A stretch of 64,000 nt of DNA, from NCBI GenBank assembly GCA_965279375.1, contig OZ257156.1, positions 3,328,001 through 3,392,000 of the forward strand, written 5' to 3'. The notes below the pieces were generated by a model. The model worked only from the letters and a program-made list of their open reading frames with translations, was not told the DNA's origin and did no database searches. Shown here piece by piece: positions 22,921-34,023 of this stretch; positions within the stretch are counted from its first letter, which is position 1, and each line of letters begins with the position of its first letter. The stretch is from Gemmatimonas sp. GTDB lineage: Bacteria; Gemmatimonadota; Gemmatimonadetes; Gemmatimonadales; Gemmatimonadaceae. Position numbers and translations under genes: made by a program.

Positions 22921-24608
22921 GCGCCGCGCTCGACCGCTTCCTCGAGCACTATTTTCGCCGCCGTCCGGTGAACGCGACGTTCACCGGCGTGCACGAGTAT
23001 GACGATGCGTTGCCGGACTGGAGTGAGTCGGGGCTCTGGTCGCTCGACGCGGAGATGCATGCGCTCCGCGCGGAATTGGTCGCCGCGTATCCTCACGTAG
23101 CGACAGCCAGCGCGCAGGCACTGGCCGAGGATGTCGATCTGCTCGATGCGCGGTTGGCGATCGCGTTTCTGGACGTGCAGCTCGCGGAGAATGCCAGTCG
23201 GCATGGGCCTCGAGGGAATCCCGCGCTCTGGAGTGGCGAGGCGGTCTTCTCCGTCGTGTCGCTGGTGATTCGCGATTTCGCGCCGGCGGTGCAGCGCGCG
23301 AACGCCATCGTGGCTCGCCTGCAGGCGATCCCGGGCTTCTTCACCAACGCGACGCGTGTACTGGAGCACGCGCCCATTCCGGCGGCGTCGGCAGACAAGG
23401 CGCAGCGCGACTGCACGGGCGCGGCGATTCTGCTCAAGCACGGTCTCGAGACGTGGCTGGCGGAGCAAGAGGGCGTGGTGTTGGCCGACGTCGCGTTGTC
23501 GATGCGCGCGCACGCGGATGCCGCGCTCGTTGCGTTCGAGCAGTTTGCGCAGTGGCTGCGCGCGCGGCCTGAGGCACCGGACGCCGGTATGTCTTGCGGC
23601 GCGGAGCTGTACGATCTGCTGCTGTCGCAGGGACACCAGTGCGAACGGTCGCGTGCAGAGCTGCTGGCCGACGCTCGAACGGCGATAACCTCGGCCAAGG
23701 CGCGACTACATGCGTTCGCGCAGGCGACCGCCGGCTCATGGGACAAAGCGCAGGCGCTTATGGCGGCCGATCACGCGGCGCCTGAAGGGTATCTCGATGC
23801 GTTTGCGCGCACGTGGGCACGCTGCCGCGAGCATGCGCTCCGCTACGATGTGGTGACCTGGCCCGAGTGGCCGCTTCGGTATGTGACGTTTCCCGCTGCG
23901 ACGCGCGATGCTGCGCCGTACCTGTACTACCTCTACTATCGTTCTCCGGCGCCGTTCGACCCGTATACGACGTACGAGTATGTCGTACCTCCGCTGCCTA
24001 CCGCCCCTGACGCAGTGGAGCGCCATCTGCGCGTGTGGAATGCGAGTGCGGTGACGCTGAATCACGTGGTGCATCATGGTGCGATCGGGCACCACGTGCA
24101 GAACTGGCACGCATATCATCAGGCCACGTCGCGCATCGGACGCATCGCCGCCGTTGATTGCGCCAATCGCGTCGGCATGTTTTGCGCTGGCACGATGGCC
24201 GAAGGGTGGGCGTGCTATGCGACCGAGTTGATGGAGGAGCTCGATTTCCTCTCGCCGCTGGAACGCTTGTCCGAACAACATTCGCGCATTCGCTTCCTCG
24301 CGCGCGCGATCGCGGACATCGAACTGCATCAGGGATCGATGAGCGTTGACGAAGTCATTCGCTTCTACGTGGACGAAGTGGGGATGTCACCTGAGGTAGC
24401 GCGCGCGGAGACGATCAAGAACGCGATGTTCCCGTGCACGGCCGTCATGTACTGGCTGGGTACGCAGGGCATTCTCGATCTGCGGAAGACGCTCCAGCGC
24501 ACGCAGGGTGCGCAGTTCAATCTCAAACGGTTTCACGACACGCTGCTCGGCTATGGTTCCATCCCGGTGCCGCTCGTGTCGCGACTCATGACGGCGGAGT
24601 CCGAATGA
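22917..24608 (+). CDS. DUF885 family protein, no signal peptide
   Basis: PVNATFTGVHEYDDALPD, HHGAIGHHVQ, EGWACYA, YWLG, FNLKRFHD; GTGA overlap. Confidence 0.85.
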   Translation: MSAALDRFLEHYFRRRPVNATFTGVHEYDDALPDWSESGLWSLDAEMHALRAELVAAYPHVATASAQALAEDVDLLDARLAIAFLDVQLAENASRHGPRGNPALWSGEAVFSVVSLVIRDFAPAVQRANAIVARLQAIPGFFTNATRVLEHAPIPAASADKAQRDCTGAAILLKHGLETWLAEQEGVVLADVALSMRAHADAALVAFEQFAQWLRARPEAPDAGMSCGAELYDLLLSQGHQCERSRAELLADARTAITSAKARLHAFAQATAGSWDKAQALMAADHAAPEGYLDAFARTWARCREHALRYDVVTWPEWPLRYVTFPAATRDAAPYLYYLYYRSPAPFDPYTTYEYVVPPLPTAPDAVERHLRVWNASAVTLNHVVHHGAIGHHVQNWHAYHQATSRIGRIAAVDCANRVGMFCAGTMAEGWACYATELMEELDFLSPLERLSEQHSRIRFLARAIADIELHQGSMSVDEVIRFYVDEVGMSPEVARAETIKNAMFPCTAVMYWLGTQGILDLRKTLQRTQGAQFNLKRFHDTLLGYGSIPVPLVSRLMTAESE

Positions 24609-26266
24609 TGCGATGGAAGAGTGTGCGCCGTGGAGCGGCGTCGGCGGCGGGTGCTGCGGCATTGGCGCTCGTGGCAGCGTGTGGCAAGTCGGAGTCGTCG
24701 GCGAGCACGCCCGCGGCCGCCGCTGCTTCCGGTGCATCCAACGAGCTGCTGATCGTCGGCTACGATCGCGAGCCCGACACGATGAATCGCTACGCCACGC
24801 ACATTCTCGAAGACATTCAGACGTGCGTGATCGAAGGGCTCGTCACCAGCGACGAGCACATGCAGGTGGTGCCCGTGCTCGCCACTGAGATTCCCACGGT
24901 GGCCAACGGCGGCGTGAAGATGCGCGCCGACGGTGGGATGGATGTGACGTGGAAGCTGCGCCCTGGAGTGAAGTGGCACGATGGCGTACCGCATACTTCG
25001 GCCGACGTGAAGTTCACCGTCGATGCCATGATCAAGGGCGACTGGAAGCCGGAGAGCACAGACGGCTTCGATCGCATTTCGTCGGTGGATACCCCCGATT
25101 CGTTGACGGCGGTCGTGCATTACAAGGAAGTGTATGCGCCGTATCAGATGCAGTTCGCGCGCGGCACGCTCCCCAAGCATGTGCTGCAAGGACGCGATAT
25201 CGACAAGGCGGGCGACTACAATCGCAATCCGCTGGGCACTGGCCCGTATCGCGTGGTCGAGTGGAAGACCGGCGAGCACGTCCTGCTCGAGAAAGTGAAG
25301 GACTACTGGCGAGGCCCCGAGTTCCCGAAGATCAATCGCATTCTATTCCGTTTTGTCACCAACACCAACACGCGCATCAACCAGCTCAAGAGCGGGGAAG
25401 TGCACATGGTCGCGTTGGTGGCGTGGGATAAGGTGCGCGAGCTCAAGGACATGCCGTCGATCCGCTTGAATCGCGTGATCGGCAACGGCTACGAGCACGT
25501 CTCGCTCAACGAGAAGCACTTCCCAGCCTTCGCCGATGTGCGCGTACGCCGCGCGCTCGCTCACGCCATCGATCGCGAGCAGATCACGGAGAAGATGCTC
25601 GACGGACTGGTGTCGGTGGTGAACGGGCCCATTCAGCCCCTCTCCTGGGCCTACGAGTCGAATGTGCAGAAGTACGAGTTCCGGCCCGCGTACGCGCGCG
25701 CTTTGCTCGACTCGGCGGGGTGGGTCGTCGGCGCTGACGGCGTGCGCGCCAAGGATGGCAAGCCGCTGGCCTTCACGCTGATCACGCAGGCGGGGTTCAC
25801 TATTCGTGAGAACGTCGCGCAGGTGCTGCAGAAGCAGTTCAAGGACGTCGGCGTGAACGCGACCATCAAGCTCATCGACGGGACGTCGATCAGTAGTGTC
25901 TGGTTCGCCGGCGACTTCGACGCGATGCTGCATTGGTGGCAGTCGGGGGCCGATCCCGAGATCACGCTGTTCTTCGCCTCCGATCGCACGCCGCCCGCTG
26001 GACGGAACATCAACAACTTCGCCGACGACTCGCTGACGAAGCTGTTGTATGCATCCGATCGCACCGCCGATCAGGCAAAGCGTGGCGCGCTGCTCAAGCT
26101 GGCGCAGAAGCGCGTGGCGGAGTTGGTACCGGAGCTCGTGCTGTACAACACGGCCAAGTTCGACGCGATCCCGATGGCGATGCTCAACTTCAAGGGCAAT
26201 CCCACCAATGCCGGACCCTTTTGGAACGTGCATGAGTGGTACTTCGCGGGGCCGAAAGCGCAGTGA
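24605..26266 (+). CDS. Peptide/nickel ABC transporter substrate-binding lipoprotein (SBP family 5)
   Basis: Lipobox VAAC; LRPGVKWHDG.P.TSADVKFT, PLGTGPY, DVRVRRALAHAIDR. Confidence 0.93.
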   Translation: MMRWKSVRRGAASAAGAAALALVAACGKSESSASTPAAAAASGASNELLIVGYDREPDTMNRYATHILEDIQTCVIEGLVTSDEHMQVVPVLATEIPTVANGGVKMRADGGMDVTWKLRPGVKWHDGVPHTSADVKFTVDAMIKGDWKPESTDGFDRISSVDTPDSLTAVVHYKEVYAPYQMQFARGTLPKHVLQGRDIDKAGDYNRNPLGTGPYRVVEWKTGEHVLLEKVKDYWRGPEFPKINRILFRFVTNTNTRINQLKSGEVHMVALVAWDKVRELKDMPSIRLNRVIGNGYEHVSLNEKHFPAFADVRVRRALAHAIDREQITEKMLDGLVSVVNGPIQPLSWAYESNVQKYEFRPAYARALLDSAGWVVGADGVRAKDGKPLAFTLITQAGFTIRENVAQVLQKQFKDVGVNATIKLIDGTSISSVWFAGDFDAMLHWWQSGADPEITLFFASDRTPPAGRNINNFADDSLTKLLYASDRTADQAKRGALLKLAQKRVAELVPELVLYNTAKFDAIPMAMLNFKGNPTNAGPFWNVHEWYFAGPKAQ

Positions 26267-26299
26267 CCCTGCGTTCCGCAGCGGCTCACTGACCCGCTC

Positions 26300-27259
26300 G
26301 TGCTGCGATTCGTAGCGCGCCGCTTGGCGCAGGCCGTGCCGTTGCTACTGGTGGTCTCACTCCTCGTGTTCGCGCTCATTCACGCGGTGCCGGGCGGCCC
26401 ACTCTCGCTCTACCTCGAAAACCCGAACGTGCGTCCGCAGGACATCGAGCGTCTGCGACGCGCGATGGGACTCGATCGCTCGTTGGCTGCGCAGTACTGG
26501 TCGTGGCTCGTGGCATTCGTGCGCGGCGACTGGGGGTACAGTTACGCTGATGGTCGGCCGGTGCTCGAGCGCATCGCGGAACGCATTCCGGCGACGCTGC
26601 AGCTCGTCGCTACCTCCACGGCCGCCGCGGTCGTCGTCGCGCTGACCGCGGCATTGCTCAGCGCACGCCATCGCCTCGCGGACCGCGTCGGCATGTTGGT
26701 AGCCGTCGCTGGCATTTCGCTCCCCGTCTTCTGGTTCGGTCTCGTCCTGCAACTCGTCTTCAGCAGTTGGCTGGGGTGGCTCCCCTCGTCGGGGCGCGCG
26801 TCGTTCAGCGCGATCGCCACGGGAGGATCGCTGGTTGATCGGCTGCAGCACCTCCTGTTGCCGGCCACGGTGTTGGCCGGGGCGCACGCGGCGGGGTGGA
26901 TGCTCTATCTGCGAGGTTCGCTCCGAACGACACTCGCCATGCCGCTCGTGCCGGCAGTGCGAGCCCGCGGCGTGGGCGAGACGCGCATTCTGTTGCAGCA
27001 CGCACTGCGCTTGTCGCTGCTTCCGTTTCTCACCGTCGTGCTGCTCGATGCGTCGATCATGGCATCGGGCGCTGTGGTCACTGAAAGTGTGTTCGCGTGG
27101 CCGGGCATCGGCAGTCTGTTCACCGAAGCACTCGCCAAGCGCGACTACACCGTGCTGATGGCGTTCCTCATGTGCGCCACGATCGCCGTCGTGATGCTCA
27201 GTGCGATTGCCGACATCGCGGTCCATGCACTCGATCCGCGCACGCGGTCGGCCGCGTGA
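26300..27259 (+). CDS. Peptide ABC transporter permease (DppB/OppB-like)
   Basis: PGGP, GDWGYS, RIPAT, SLPVFW, ARGV, TESVFAWPGIG, RDY, LDPR. Confidence 0.93.
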   Translation: MLRFVARRLAQAVPLLLVVSLLVFALIHAVPGGPLSLYLENPNVRPQDIERLRRAMGLDRSLAAQYWSWLVAFVRGDWGYSYADGRPVLERIAERIPATLQLVATSTAAAVVVALTAALLSARHRLADRVGMLVAVAGISLPVFWFGLVLQLVFSSWLGWLPSSGRASFSAIATGGSLVDRLQHLLLPATVLAGAHAAGWMLYLRGSLRTTLAMPLVPAVRARGVGETRILLQHALRLSLLPFLTVVLLDASIMASGAVVTESVFAWPGIGSLFTEALAKRDYTVLMAFLMCATIAVVMLSAIADIAVHALDPRTRSAA

Positions 27260-27286
27260 AACTGGTGATGCCCGCGTGAGCGCGCG

Positions 27287-28168
27287 ATGAGCGGCAGCGT
27301 CTCCACGTCCGGCTTTGCGTCCGCCTCGTCGCGGTCGAAGGCGTCGCGCATCACCACACTGCGCACCGCATCGTTCGTACTGGGCGCGCTGCTCATCGCG
27401 GCGCTCTGTGCGCCGATCGTCGCGCCGTACGCAGCGGACGCGGTCGATCTCGCCAACCGTCGCGCGGCGCCGTCCGCCACGCACTGGTTCGGCACTGACG
27501 AACTCGGTCGCGACTTGCTCACGCGCGTGCTCTTTGGCGCGCGCATCTCGCTGGCGATCGGTTTGCTGTCGGCTGCGGTAAGTGCGGGCATCGGCGTGTT
27601 GATTGGCGCGACGGCTGGATACGCTGGCCGCTGGGTCGATGCGCTGTTGATGCGATTCACCGAGGCGATGCTCTCAGTACCGCGCCTGCCGCTGCTCATG
27701 ATCGCCGCTGCAGTGCTCGCACCCAGCGTTCCGCTCCTGATTCTGCTGGTGGGCCTGCTCGGGTGGATGGAGACGGCGCGTGTGATGCGCGCCGAGGTGC
27801 AGTCGCTGCGCGCTCGTGATTTCGTGTCGGCGGCGCGCGCGGTCGGTGCGCCGTCGGCGCGGATCGTCTGGCGTCATATCCTGCCCGGCGTCGTTCCGTC
27901 GGCGGCCGTTGCCGTCACACTGGCGGTCGGACGGGGGATCCTGCTCGAAAGCGCGATGAGCTTCTTCGGCGTGGGTGTTCAACCGCCGACGGCGAGTTGG
28001 GGGAACATGCTCTATCAGGCGCAGTCCACCATGAGCTCCGAGCCTTGGCTGGGCATCTTCCCGGGTGCGTTCATCTTTCGCACGGTGCTGTGCTGCAACC
28101 TGATCGGAGACGTGCTGGCCCGGGACCGACGGTCCGGCCCCTCGGTGTCACAAAGCACATCGCGTTGA
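27287..28168 (+). CDS. Peptide ABC transporter permease (DppC/OppC-like)
   Basis: HWFGTDELGRD, GARISL, FVSAARAVGA (EAA loop), RHILP, SWGNML. Confidence 0.93.
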   Translation: MSGSVSTSGFASASSRSKASRITTLRTASFVLGALLIAALCAPIVAPYAADAVDLANRRAAPSATHWFGTDELGRDLLTRVLFGARISLAIGLLSAAVSAGIGVLIGATAGYAGRWVDALLMRFTEAMLSVPRLPLLMIAAAVLAPSVPLLILLVGLLGWMETARVMRAEVQSLRARDFVSAARAVGAPSARIVWRHILPGVVPSAAVAVTLAVGRGILLESAMSFFGVGVQPPTASWGNMLYQAQSTMSSEPWLGIFPGAFIFRTVLCCNLIGDVLARDRRSGPSVSQSTSR

Positions 28169-28200
28169 GTACTCCCGCGAGATGCGGTTAGCTTTCCGGC

Positions 28201-29415
28201 ATGACAGATCTCTCCCGCCAGCCTGTGATCGTCGGCGCCGCGCGCACGCCGATCGGACGGTACCTTGGGGGGCTCGCCCCTCTCTCCGCGCCCGAACTTG
28301 GCGCCATCGCTATTCGTGCCGCGCTGCAGCGCTCCGGTGTGTCGCCGGACGATGTGCAGGAAGTCATCATGGGGCACGTGCTGCAGGGTGGCACGGGACA
28401 AGCGCCCGGGCGCCAGGCCATGCTCAAGGCCGGCGTGCCTGCAACTGTCTCAGCGGTCACCATCAACAAGGTGTGTGGCTCGGGACTCAAGGCCGTCATG
28501 CTCGCCGCGCAATCCATCAAGGCGGGTGACGCGCAGGTGATCATCGCCGGCGGACAGGAGTCGATGTCCAACGCACCGCACTACGTGTACGGCATGCGCG
28601 GCGGCATCAAGATCGGCGACCAGACGATGGTCGACGGCATGATCAAGGACGGCCTCTGGTGCGGCACCTGCAACGTGCACATGGGTTCGCACGCCGAGTA
28701 CACGGCGCGCAAAGCGAACGTGACGCGCGCGCAGCAGGACGAGTTCGCGGCCGCATCGCATCGCAAGGCCGTTGCCGCGCAGACCGCGGGCAAGTTCGAT
28801 GCGGAGATCGTGCCGGTCGAGATTGCCGGACGCAAAGGCCCCACGATCATCAGCGTCGATGAAGGCCCGCGCGCCGATACCACACTCGGCTCGCTCGCCA
28901 AGCTGCGCCCCGCGTTCCCCGACAAGAACACCGACCCCGCAGAGCTCACGGTCACGGCGGCCAATGCGTCGTCGCTCAACGACGGTGCCGCTGCAGTGGT
29001 TGTGACGAGCGAAGCGTATGCTCGCGAGCACGGCCTCAAGATTCTCGGGCGCATCACTGGCTACGCCACCGGTGCCGGCAACCCGCAGGATCTGTTCTTC
29101 GCGCCGATCACCGCCGTGAACAACCTGCTCAAGAAGACCGGCACCACGATCGGCGACTACGATCTCATCGAAGCCAACGAGGCCTTCGCGTCGCAGTCCA
29201 TCGCCGACGGCAACGGTTTGGGGTGGGACTTCGACAAGGTCAACGTCAACGGCGGCGCGATCGCGCTGGGGCACCCCATCGGTGCCAGCGGCGCGCGCGT
29301 GCTGGTCACGCTGCTGCATGCGTTGGCTGATCGTCAGCTGTCGCGAGGCCTCGCAACGCTGTGTCTTGGTGGTGGTGACGCCGTCGCGCTGTCCGTGGAG
29401 CGGGTCGTCGAGTGA
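28201..29415 (+). CDS. Acetyl-CoA C-acetyltransferase (thiolase)
   Basis: [37 protein letters not shown]. Confidence 0.96.
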   Translation: MTDLSRQPVIVGAARTPIGRYLGGLAPLSAPELGAIAIRAALQRSGVSPDDVQEVIMGHVLQGGTGQAPGRQAMLKAGVPATVSAVTINKVCGSGLKAVMLAAQSIKAGDAQVIIAGGQESMSNAPHYVYGMRGGIKIGDQTMVDGMIKDGLWCGTCNVHMGSHAEYTARKANVTRAQQDEFAAASHRKAVAAQTAGKFDAEIVPVEIAGRKGPTIISVDEGPRADTTLGSLAKLRPAFPDKNTDPAELTVTAANASSLNDGAAAVVVTSEAYAREHGLKILGRITGYATGAGNPQDLFFAPITAVNNLLKKTGTTIGDYDLIEANEAFASQSIADGNGLGWDFDKVNVNGGAIALGHPIGASGARVLVTLLHALADRQLSRGLATLCLGGGDAVALSVERVVE

Positions 29416-30334
29416 TCGCACGACCGCGGGGCGGTGGGTTGCCGCTCGCGGATGCACCGACGTGGCTGTACGCGGCGCCGGGTCAGTTGCGCGCGCCGTT
29501 TCGCTTGATGTGTTTCGGCGCAGCGCTGTTTCTCGCGCAGGGCATCGCCGAGTCGTTCCTCGGCCCGCCTTCGCCGCGCTCTCGGAGTTGGTGGGAGAGC
29601 CGATTGCGGCGTACCCGTGGATGATGCTCGCCGGTGTGCTCGGCGCACTTGGCGTCGCGCTGCGCCTCGTGGACGACAGGCCGTGGACCGATATCGGGCT
29701 TGACTGGCGCGCGTGGCGACCGCGTGCGATTGGCGTGGGTGCGGCGCTGGGTGGCGGTGCGATCGCCGTCACCGCGCTCCTGCTCTGGATCACGGGCGCG
29801 CTGCACGTCGAGGCCTCGCCGCTGCTCGACGGGGCCGCGTCCGTTGGTCGCGCGTGGAGCGGCACGGCGATGCGGCTGGCGATCATGCTCGCACCCGCCG
29901 CGCTCTGGGAAGAACTGATCTTCCGAGGCTATCTCTGGCGCGTCATGCACGATGCAGGCGGCCCTCGCGTCGCGCTGTGGAGCAGCAGCGTCGCCTTCAG
30001 TTTTGTGCATCTGCTCAATCCGGGTGCTGGCGTGCGCGCTGGCGCGCTCGTGCTGCTCGCTGGCCTCTGTCTCGCGCTCTTGCGCGCGCATTTCGACAGC
30101 CTGCCCGCGGCCTGGGCTGGTCACGTCGCCTGGAACTGGACCATGGCCGCGCTGCTGCACGTTCCGGTGAGTGGGCTTCCCTTTGCAACGCCGGGCTATC
30201 GCGTCGTGCTCCAGGGTCCCGACTGGCTCACCGGCGGTACGTGGGGGCCCGAAGGCAGCCTCGCTGCAGCGCTGGTGATGATCGGCCTTCTCGTGTGGTA
30301 TCACCGCGCGTCGCGCGGACAAGCGATCCTGTAG
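29412..30334 (+). pseudogene. CPBP (Abi/CAAX) intramembrane metalloprotease with apparent frameshift near 29565
   Basis: N-terminal frame (GTG 29412 ...AESFLGP) continues in another frame (AFAALSELV...EELIFRG...FSFVH...HVAWN); one base appears missing in ggcccgcc. Could be a sequencing error. Confidence 0.7.
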
Positions 30335-30390
30335 CAATTCATTCTGCGATTCATGCAGCGATTCATCGATGATCCGGAGAGACTGATTCC

Positions 30391-31254
30391 ATGAGTGCAA
30401 TCACGACCGAACGCGAGCGTATTGCCGTTGTCGGGGCAGGGCAGATGGGCAACGGCATCGCGCATGTGTTCGCGGCCGCCGGCCACGAGGTCACGATGAT
30501 CGATGTGAGCATCGAGGCGCTCAGCCGTGGCAAGGAGACGATCGCGCGCAACCTGGATCGTCAGGTGAAGAAGGGCACGCTCACGAGTGATGACGCCGCG
30601 GCCGTGCTCGCGCGCGTGCACACCGAACCGTCGTTGGACGCGGCGTCGCAGGCGACGCTTATCGTCGAAGCGGCCACCGAACGCGTCGATCTCAAGTTCC
30701 GCATCTTCGAAGATCTCGACCGCATCGCGCCGGCGGGTGCAATTCTCGCATCGAACACCAGTTCGATCGCCATCACCGAAATCGCCGCACGCACCAAGCG
30801 CCCCGAGCAGGTGATCGGCATGCACTTCATGAATCCGGTGCCGGTGATGCAGCTGGTCGAAGTCATTCGCGGACTCGCCACGTCCGATGCCACCACGCAG
30901 CACGTCATGGCGTCGGCCAAGGCGCTCGGCAAGACGCCGGTGGAAGTGAACGACTTCCCGGGTTTCGTGGCCAATCGCATCCTGATGCCGATGATCAATG
31001 AGGCGATCTACTGCGTCATGGAAGGCGTCGGCACCCCCGAGGCGATCGACACGGTGATGAAGCTGGGCATGAATCATCCCATGGGACCGCTCACACTCGC
31101 GGACTTCATCGGACTCGATACCTGCCTCGCCATTCTCGAAGTCTTGCACAATGGCTTGGGCGATCCGAAGTACCGCCCGTGCCCGCTGCTCCGAAAGTAT
31201 GTCGCCGCTGGTTGGTATGGCCGAAAGAGCGGTCGCGGCTTCTACACGTATTAG
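30391..31254 (+). CDS. 3-hydroxybutyryl-CoA dehydrogenase
   Basis: [39 protein letters not shown]. Confidence 0.95.
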   Translation: MSAITTERERIAVVGAGQMGNGIAHVFAAAGHEVTMIDVSIEALSRGKETIARNLDRQVKKGTLTSDDAAAVLARVHTEPSLDAASQATLIVEAATERVDLKFRIFEDLDRIAPAGAILASNTSSIAITEIAARTKRPEQVIGMHFMNPVPVMQLVEVIRGLATSDATTQHVMASAKALGKTPVEVNDFPGFVANRILMPMINEAIYCVMEGVGTPEAIDTVMKLGMNHPMGPLTLADFIGLDTCLAILEVLHNGLGDPKYRPCPLLRKYVAAGWYGRKSGRGFYTY

Positions 31255-31272
31255 ACGGACCTGACTCCAGAC

Positions 31273-32454
31273 ATGTCGCTGCTCCCGCTGACCGAAACAC
31301 AGAAGGAAATTCAGCTGCTCGCGCGCTCGTACGCGCAGCGTGAACTCGCCCCCAAGGCCGCACAGCGCGATCGGGACTCGTTCTTCGATCCGCAGATGGT
31401 CGCGCAGCTCGCCGAGCTGGGCTTCTTCGGCATGCTCACGCCGGAGAAGTACGACGGCTTGGCGCTCGACGTGACCAGCTATCTGCTCGCGCTCGAGGAG
31501 ATCGCCGTGGGCGACGCGTCCGCCGCCGTGCTGCTGAGTGTGCACAACTCGCTGCCGACGCAAATGCTGATGAGCTTCGGCACCGAGGCGCAGAAAGACC
31601 GCTACCTTGCGCCGATGGCGCGTGGCGAGACGCTTGGCGCGTTCATGCTCTCCGAAGCGGATGCTGGCTCCGACGCTGGCTCGTTGCGTACGCAGGCCGT
31701 GCGCGATGGCGACGATTGGATTCTCAACGGCACCAAGGCCTGGGTCTCGCACGGCAGCGAGGCCGGTGTGCTGCTCTGCATGGCGCGCACCGACACACCC
31801 GACGCGCGGAAACGGAGTGGCATCTCCACGTTCATTCTGACGCCGGATCTCCCGGGCTTTCAGCTGGGGAAGAAAGAGAACAAGATGGGACTCCGTGCCT
31901 CGCCCACGCTGCAGATCATGCTCGACGGCTGCCGCGTGCCCGGCGACCGACTGCTTGGCGAGGTAGGCAAGGGCTTCACGTACGCGCTCGGTTCGCTCGA
32001 TCAGGGGCGACTGGGCATCGCCGCGCAAGCCATTGGCATCGCACGCGCGGCACTCGAAGCGGCGGCCAAGTACGCGGTTGAACGCAAGCAGTTCGGCAAG
32101 CCGATCGCCGAATTCCAGGCCATCCAGTTCAAGCTCGCCGATATGGCGACACAGATCACCGCGGCACGCACGCTGCTTCATGCGGCGGCCTCGGCGAAGG
32201 AGCGTGGTGAACAGATCACCCGCTTCAGCTCCATGGCGAAACTCGTCGCCTCAGAAACCGCCATGTCCGTGACCACGCAGGCCGTCCAGATCCTCGGCGG
32301 CTACGGCTACGTCACCGACTATCCCGTCGAACGCTTCTTTCGTGACGCCAAGGTCACCGAAATCTACGAGGGTACCTCGGAGATTCAGCGCATGGTGATT
32401 GCGCGTGAAGTCTTGGCAGCCATCGCGGCTGACGACGGGAATCTTCCGGACTAA
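31273..32454 (+). CDS. Acyl-CoA dehydrogenase
   Basis: LSEADAGSD, LNGTKAW, KMGLRAS, GRLGIAAQ, RKQFGKPI, GGYGY, IYEGTSEIQR. Confidence 0.96.
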   Translation: MSLLPLTETQKEIQLLARSYAQRELAPKAAQRDRDSFFDPQMVAQLAELGFFGMLTPEKYDGLALDVTSYLLALEEIAVGDASAAVLLSVHNSLPTQMLMSFGTEAQKDRYLAPMARGETLGAFMLSEADAGSDAGSLRTQAVRDGDDWILNGTKAWVSHGSEAGVLLCMARTDTPDARKRSGISTFILTPDLPGFQLGKKENKMGLRASPTLQIMLDGCRVPGDRLLGEVGKGFTYALGSLDQGRLGIAAQAIGIARAALEAAAKYAVERKQFGKPIAEFQAIQFKLADMATQITAARTLLHAAASAKERGEQITRFSSMAKLVASETAMSVTTQAVQILGGYGYVTDYPVERFFRDAKVTEIYEGTSEIQRMVIAREVLAAIAADDGNLPD

Positions 32455-32461
32455 CGCACCA

Positions 32462-33538
32462 ATGCAATTCTTCGATACACTCGCTGACATGGGCCATGAG
32501 CAGGTCGTCATGTGCCACGACAAGGCGTCAGGCTATCGCGGCGTGATCGCGATTCACGATACGACACTCGGTCCCGCGCTCGGCGGCTGCCGCTTCTGGA
32601 ACTACGCGACCGACGAAGAGGCGATCATCGACGCCCTGCGCCTGTCGCGCGGCATGACCTACAAGAACGCAGTCGCCGGACTCAATCTGGGCGGCGGCAA
32701 GTCGGTCATCATCGGCGACAACAAGACCGCCAGCCGCGAGATGATCTTCCGCGCGCACGGGCGTTTTGTGGACTCGCTCGGTGGCCGCTACGTGACCGCG
32801 GAAGACGTGGGCACGACCGTGGAAGACATGGACTTCGTGCACATGGAGACGAAGTACGTGACCGGCATCGGCTCCAAGTCCGGTGATCCGTCCTCCGTCA
32901 CGGCGCACGGTGTCTTTCGTGCCATCGAGGCGTCGGCCAACAGCCGCTGGGGCAGCGATTCGCTGGAAGGGCGCACCGTCGCCATTCAGGGACTCGGCCA
33001 TGTCGGCTTCCATCTCGCGATGGAACTCCACAAGGCGGGCGCCAAGTTGATCGTCACTGATATCGATACCACGCGCATTGCGCGCGTCGTTGAAGCGACC
33101 GGTGCCAAGGCCGTCAGCCTCGCGGAGATCTACGGCGTGAAGGCGGACATTTTCACGCCGTGCGCACTGGGCGGCATCATCAACGACGACACCATTCCGC
33201 AGCTTCAGGTGGAAATCGTCGCGGGTGCGGCCAACAACCAGCTGCTCGAGCCGCGTCATGGCGACGAGCTGCAGACCCGCGGCATTCTGTACGCGCCGGA
33301 CTACGTCGCCAACGCTGGCGGCGTCATCAATGTGTACAGCGAACTCACCGGCTGGAGCCGCGAGCGCTCCCTGCGCAAGGCCGATGAGATCTACCACACG
33401 GTCTTGAGCGTCTTCCGGCTGGCCAGCGACACGGGAATCCCCACCTACAAAGCTGCGGACCGTGTCGCCGAGCAGCGAATTCACGCCGTCCGTGGCATGA
33501 TTCAGACTTGGCCCCAGTTCCCAAACCGCGAGACCTGA
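32462..33538 (+). CDS. Leucine dehydrogenase (Glu/Leu/Phe/Val dehydrogenase)
   Basis: IHDTTLGPALGG, RGMTYKNA, GGGKSVI, TAEDVGT, GLGHVG, GAANNQL, PDYVANAGG. Confidence 0.94.
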   Translation: MQFFDTLADMGHEQVVMCHDKASGYRGVIAIHDTTLGPALGGCRFWNYATDEEAIIDALRLSRGMTYKNAVAGLNLGGGKSVIIGDNKTASREMIFRAHGRFVDSLGGRYVTAEDVGTTVEDMDFVHMETKYVTGIGSKSGDPSSVTAHGVFRAIEASANSRWGSDSLEGRTVAIQGLGHVGFHLAMELHKAGAKLIVTDIDTTRIARVVEATGAKAVSLAEIYGVKADIFTPCALGGIINDDTIPQLQVEIVAGAANNQLLEPRHGDELQTRGILYAPDYVANAGGVINVYSELTGWSRERSLRKADEIYHTVLSVFRLASDTGIPTYKAADRVAEQRIHAVRGMIQTWPQFPNRET

Positions 33539-33540
33539 CC

Positions 33541-34023
33541 ATGGTGAACGTCGCACACCCCGGCGAGCGCATCCCGATCGCCTCCGATCATGCCGGCTTC
33601 GAACTCAAGGAGCGACTGCGCGTGTCGCTCGCGGAGATGGGTTTCTCCGTCGAAGACATCGGGACGCACAGCACTGCCAGCACCGACTACGCGGACTACG
33701 CGCATCCGTTGGCGCAGGAGGTCTCCGAGGGTGTTTCCGAGCGTGGCATCCTGATGTGCGGGACGGGTCTGGGCATGTCATATGTCGCGAACCGCTATCC
33801 GGGCGTGCGCGCGGCCGTCGCGTGGACGCCGGAAATCGCAGCGCTGGCGCGTAAGCACAACGATGCGAACATTTTGGTGCTCCCCGCGCGTTTCGTTTCT
33901 GACGAAGACGCGCTGGAGATTCTGCGCGCGTGGTTGAACACCGAATTCGAAGGCGGGCGCCACACGCGCCGCGTCGAGAAGATTGAACGAGATGGCGCCG
34001 AGGGCGCCGGGAGCGACGCGTGA
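33541..34023 (+). CDS. rpiB: Ribose 5-phosphate isomerase B
   Basis: ASDHAGF, CGTGLG, HNDANIL, FEGGRH. Confidence 0.95.
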   Translation: MVNVAHPGERIPIASDHAGFELKERLRVSLAEMGFSVEDIGTHSTASTDYADYAHPLAQEVSEGVSERGILMCGTGLGMSYVANRYPGVRAAVAWTPEIAALARKHNDANILVLPARFVSDEDALEILRAWLNTEFEGGRHTRRVEKIERDGAEGAGSDA

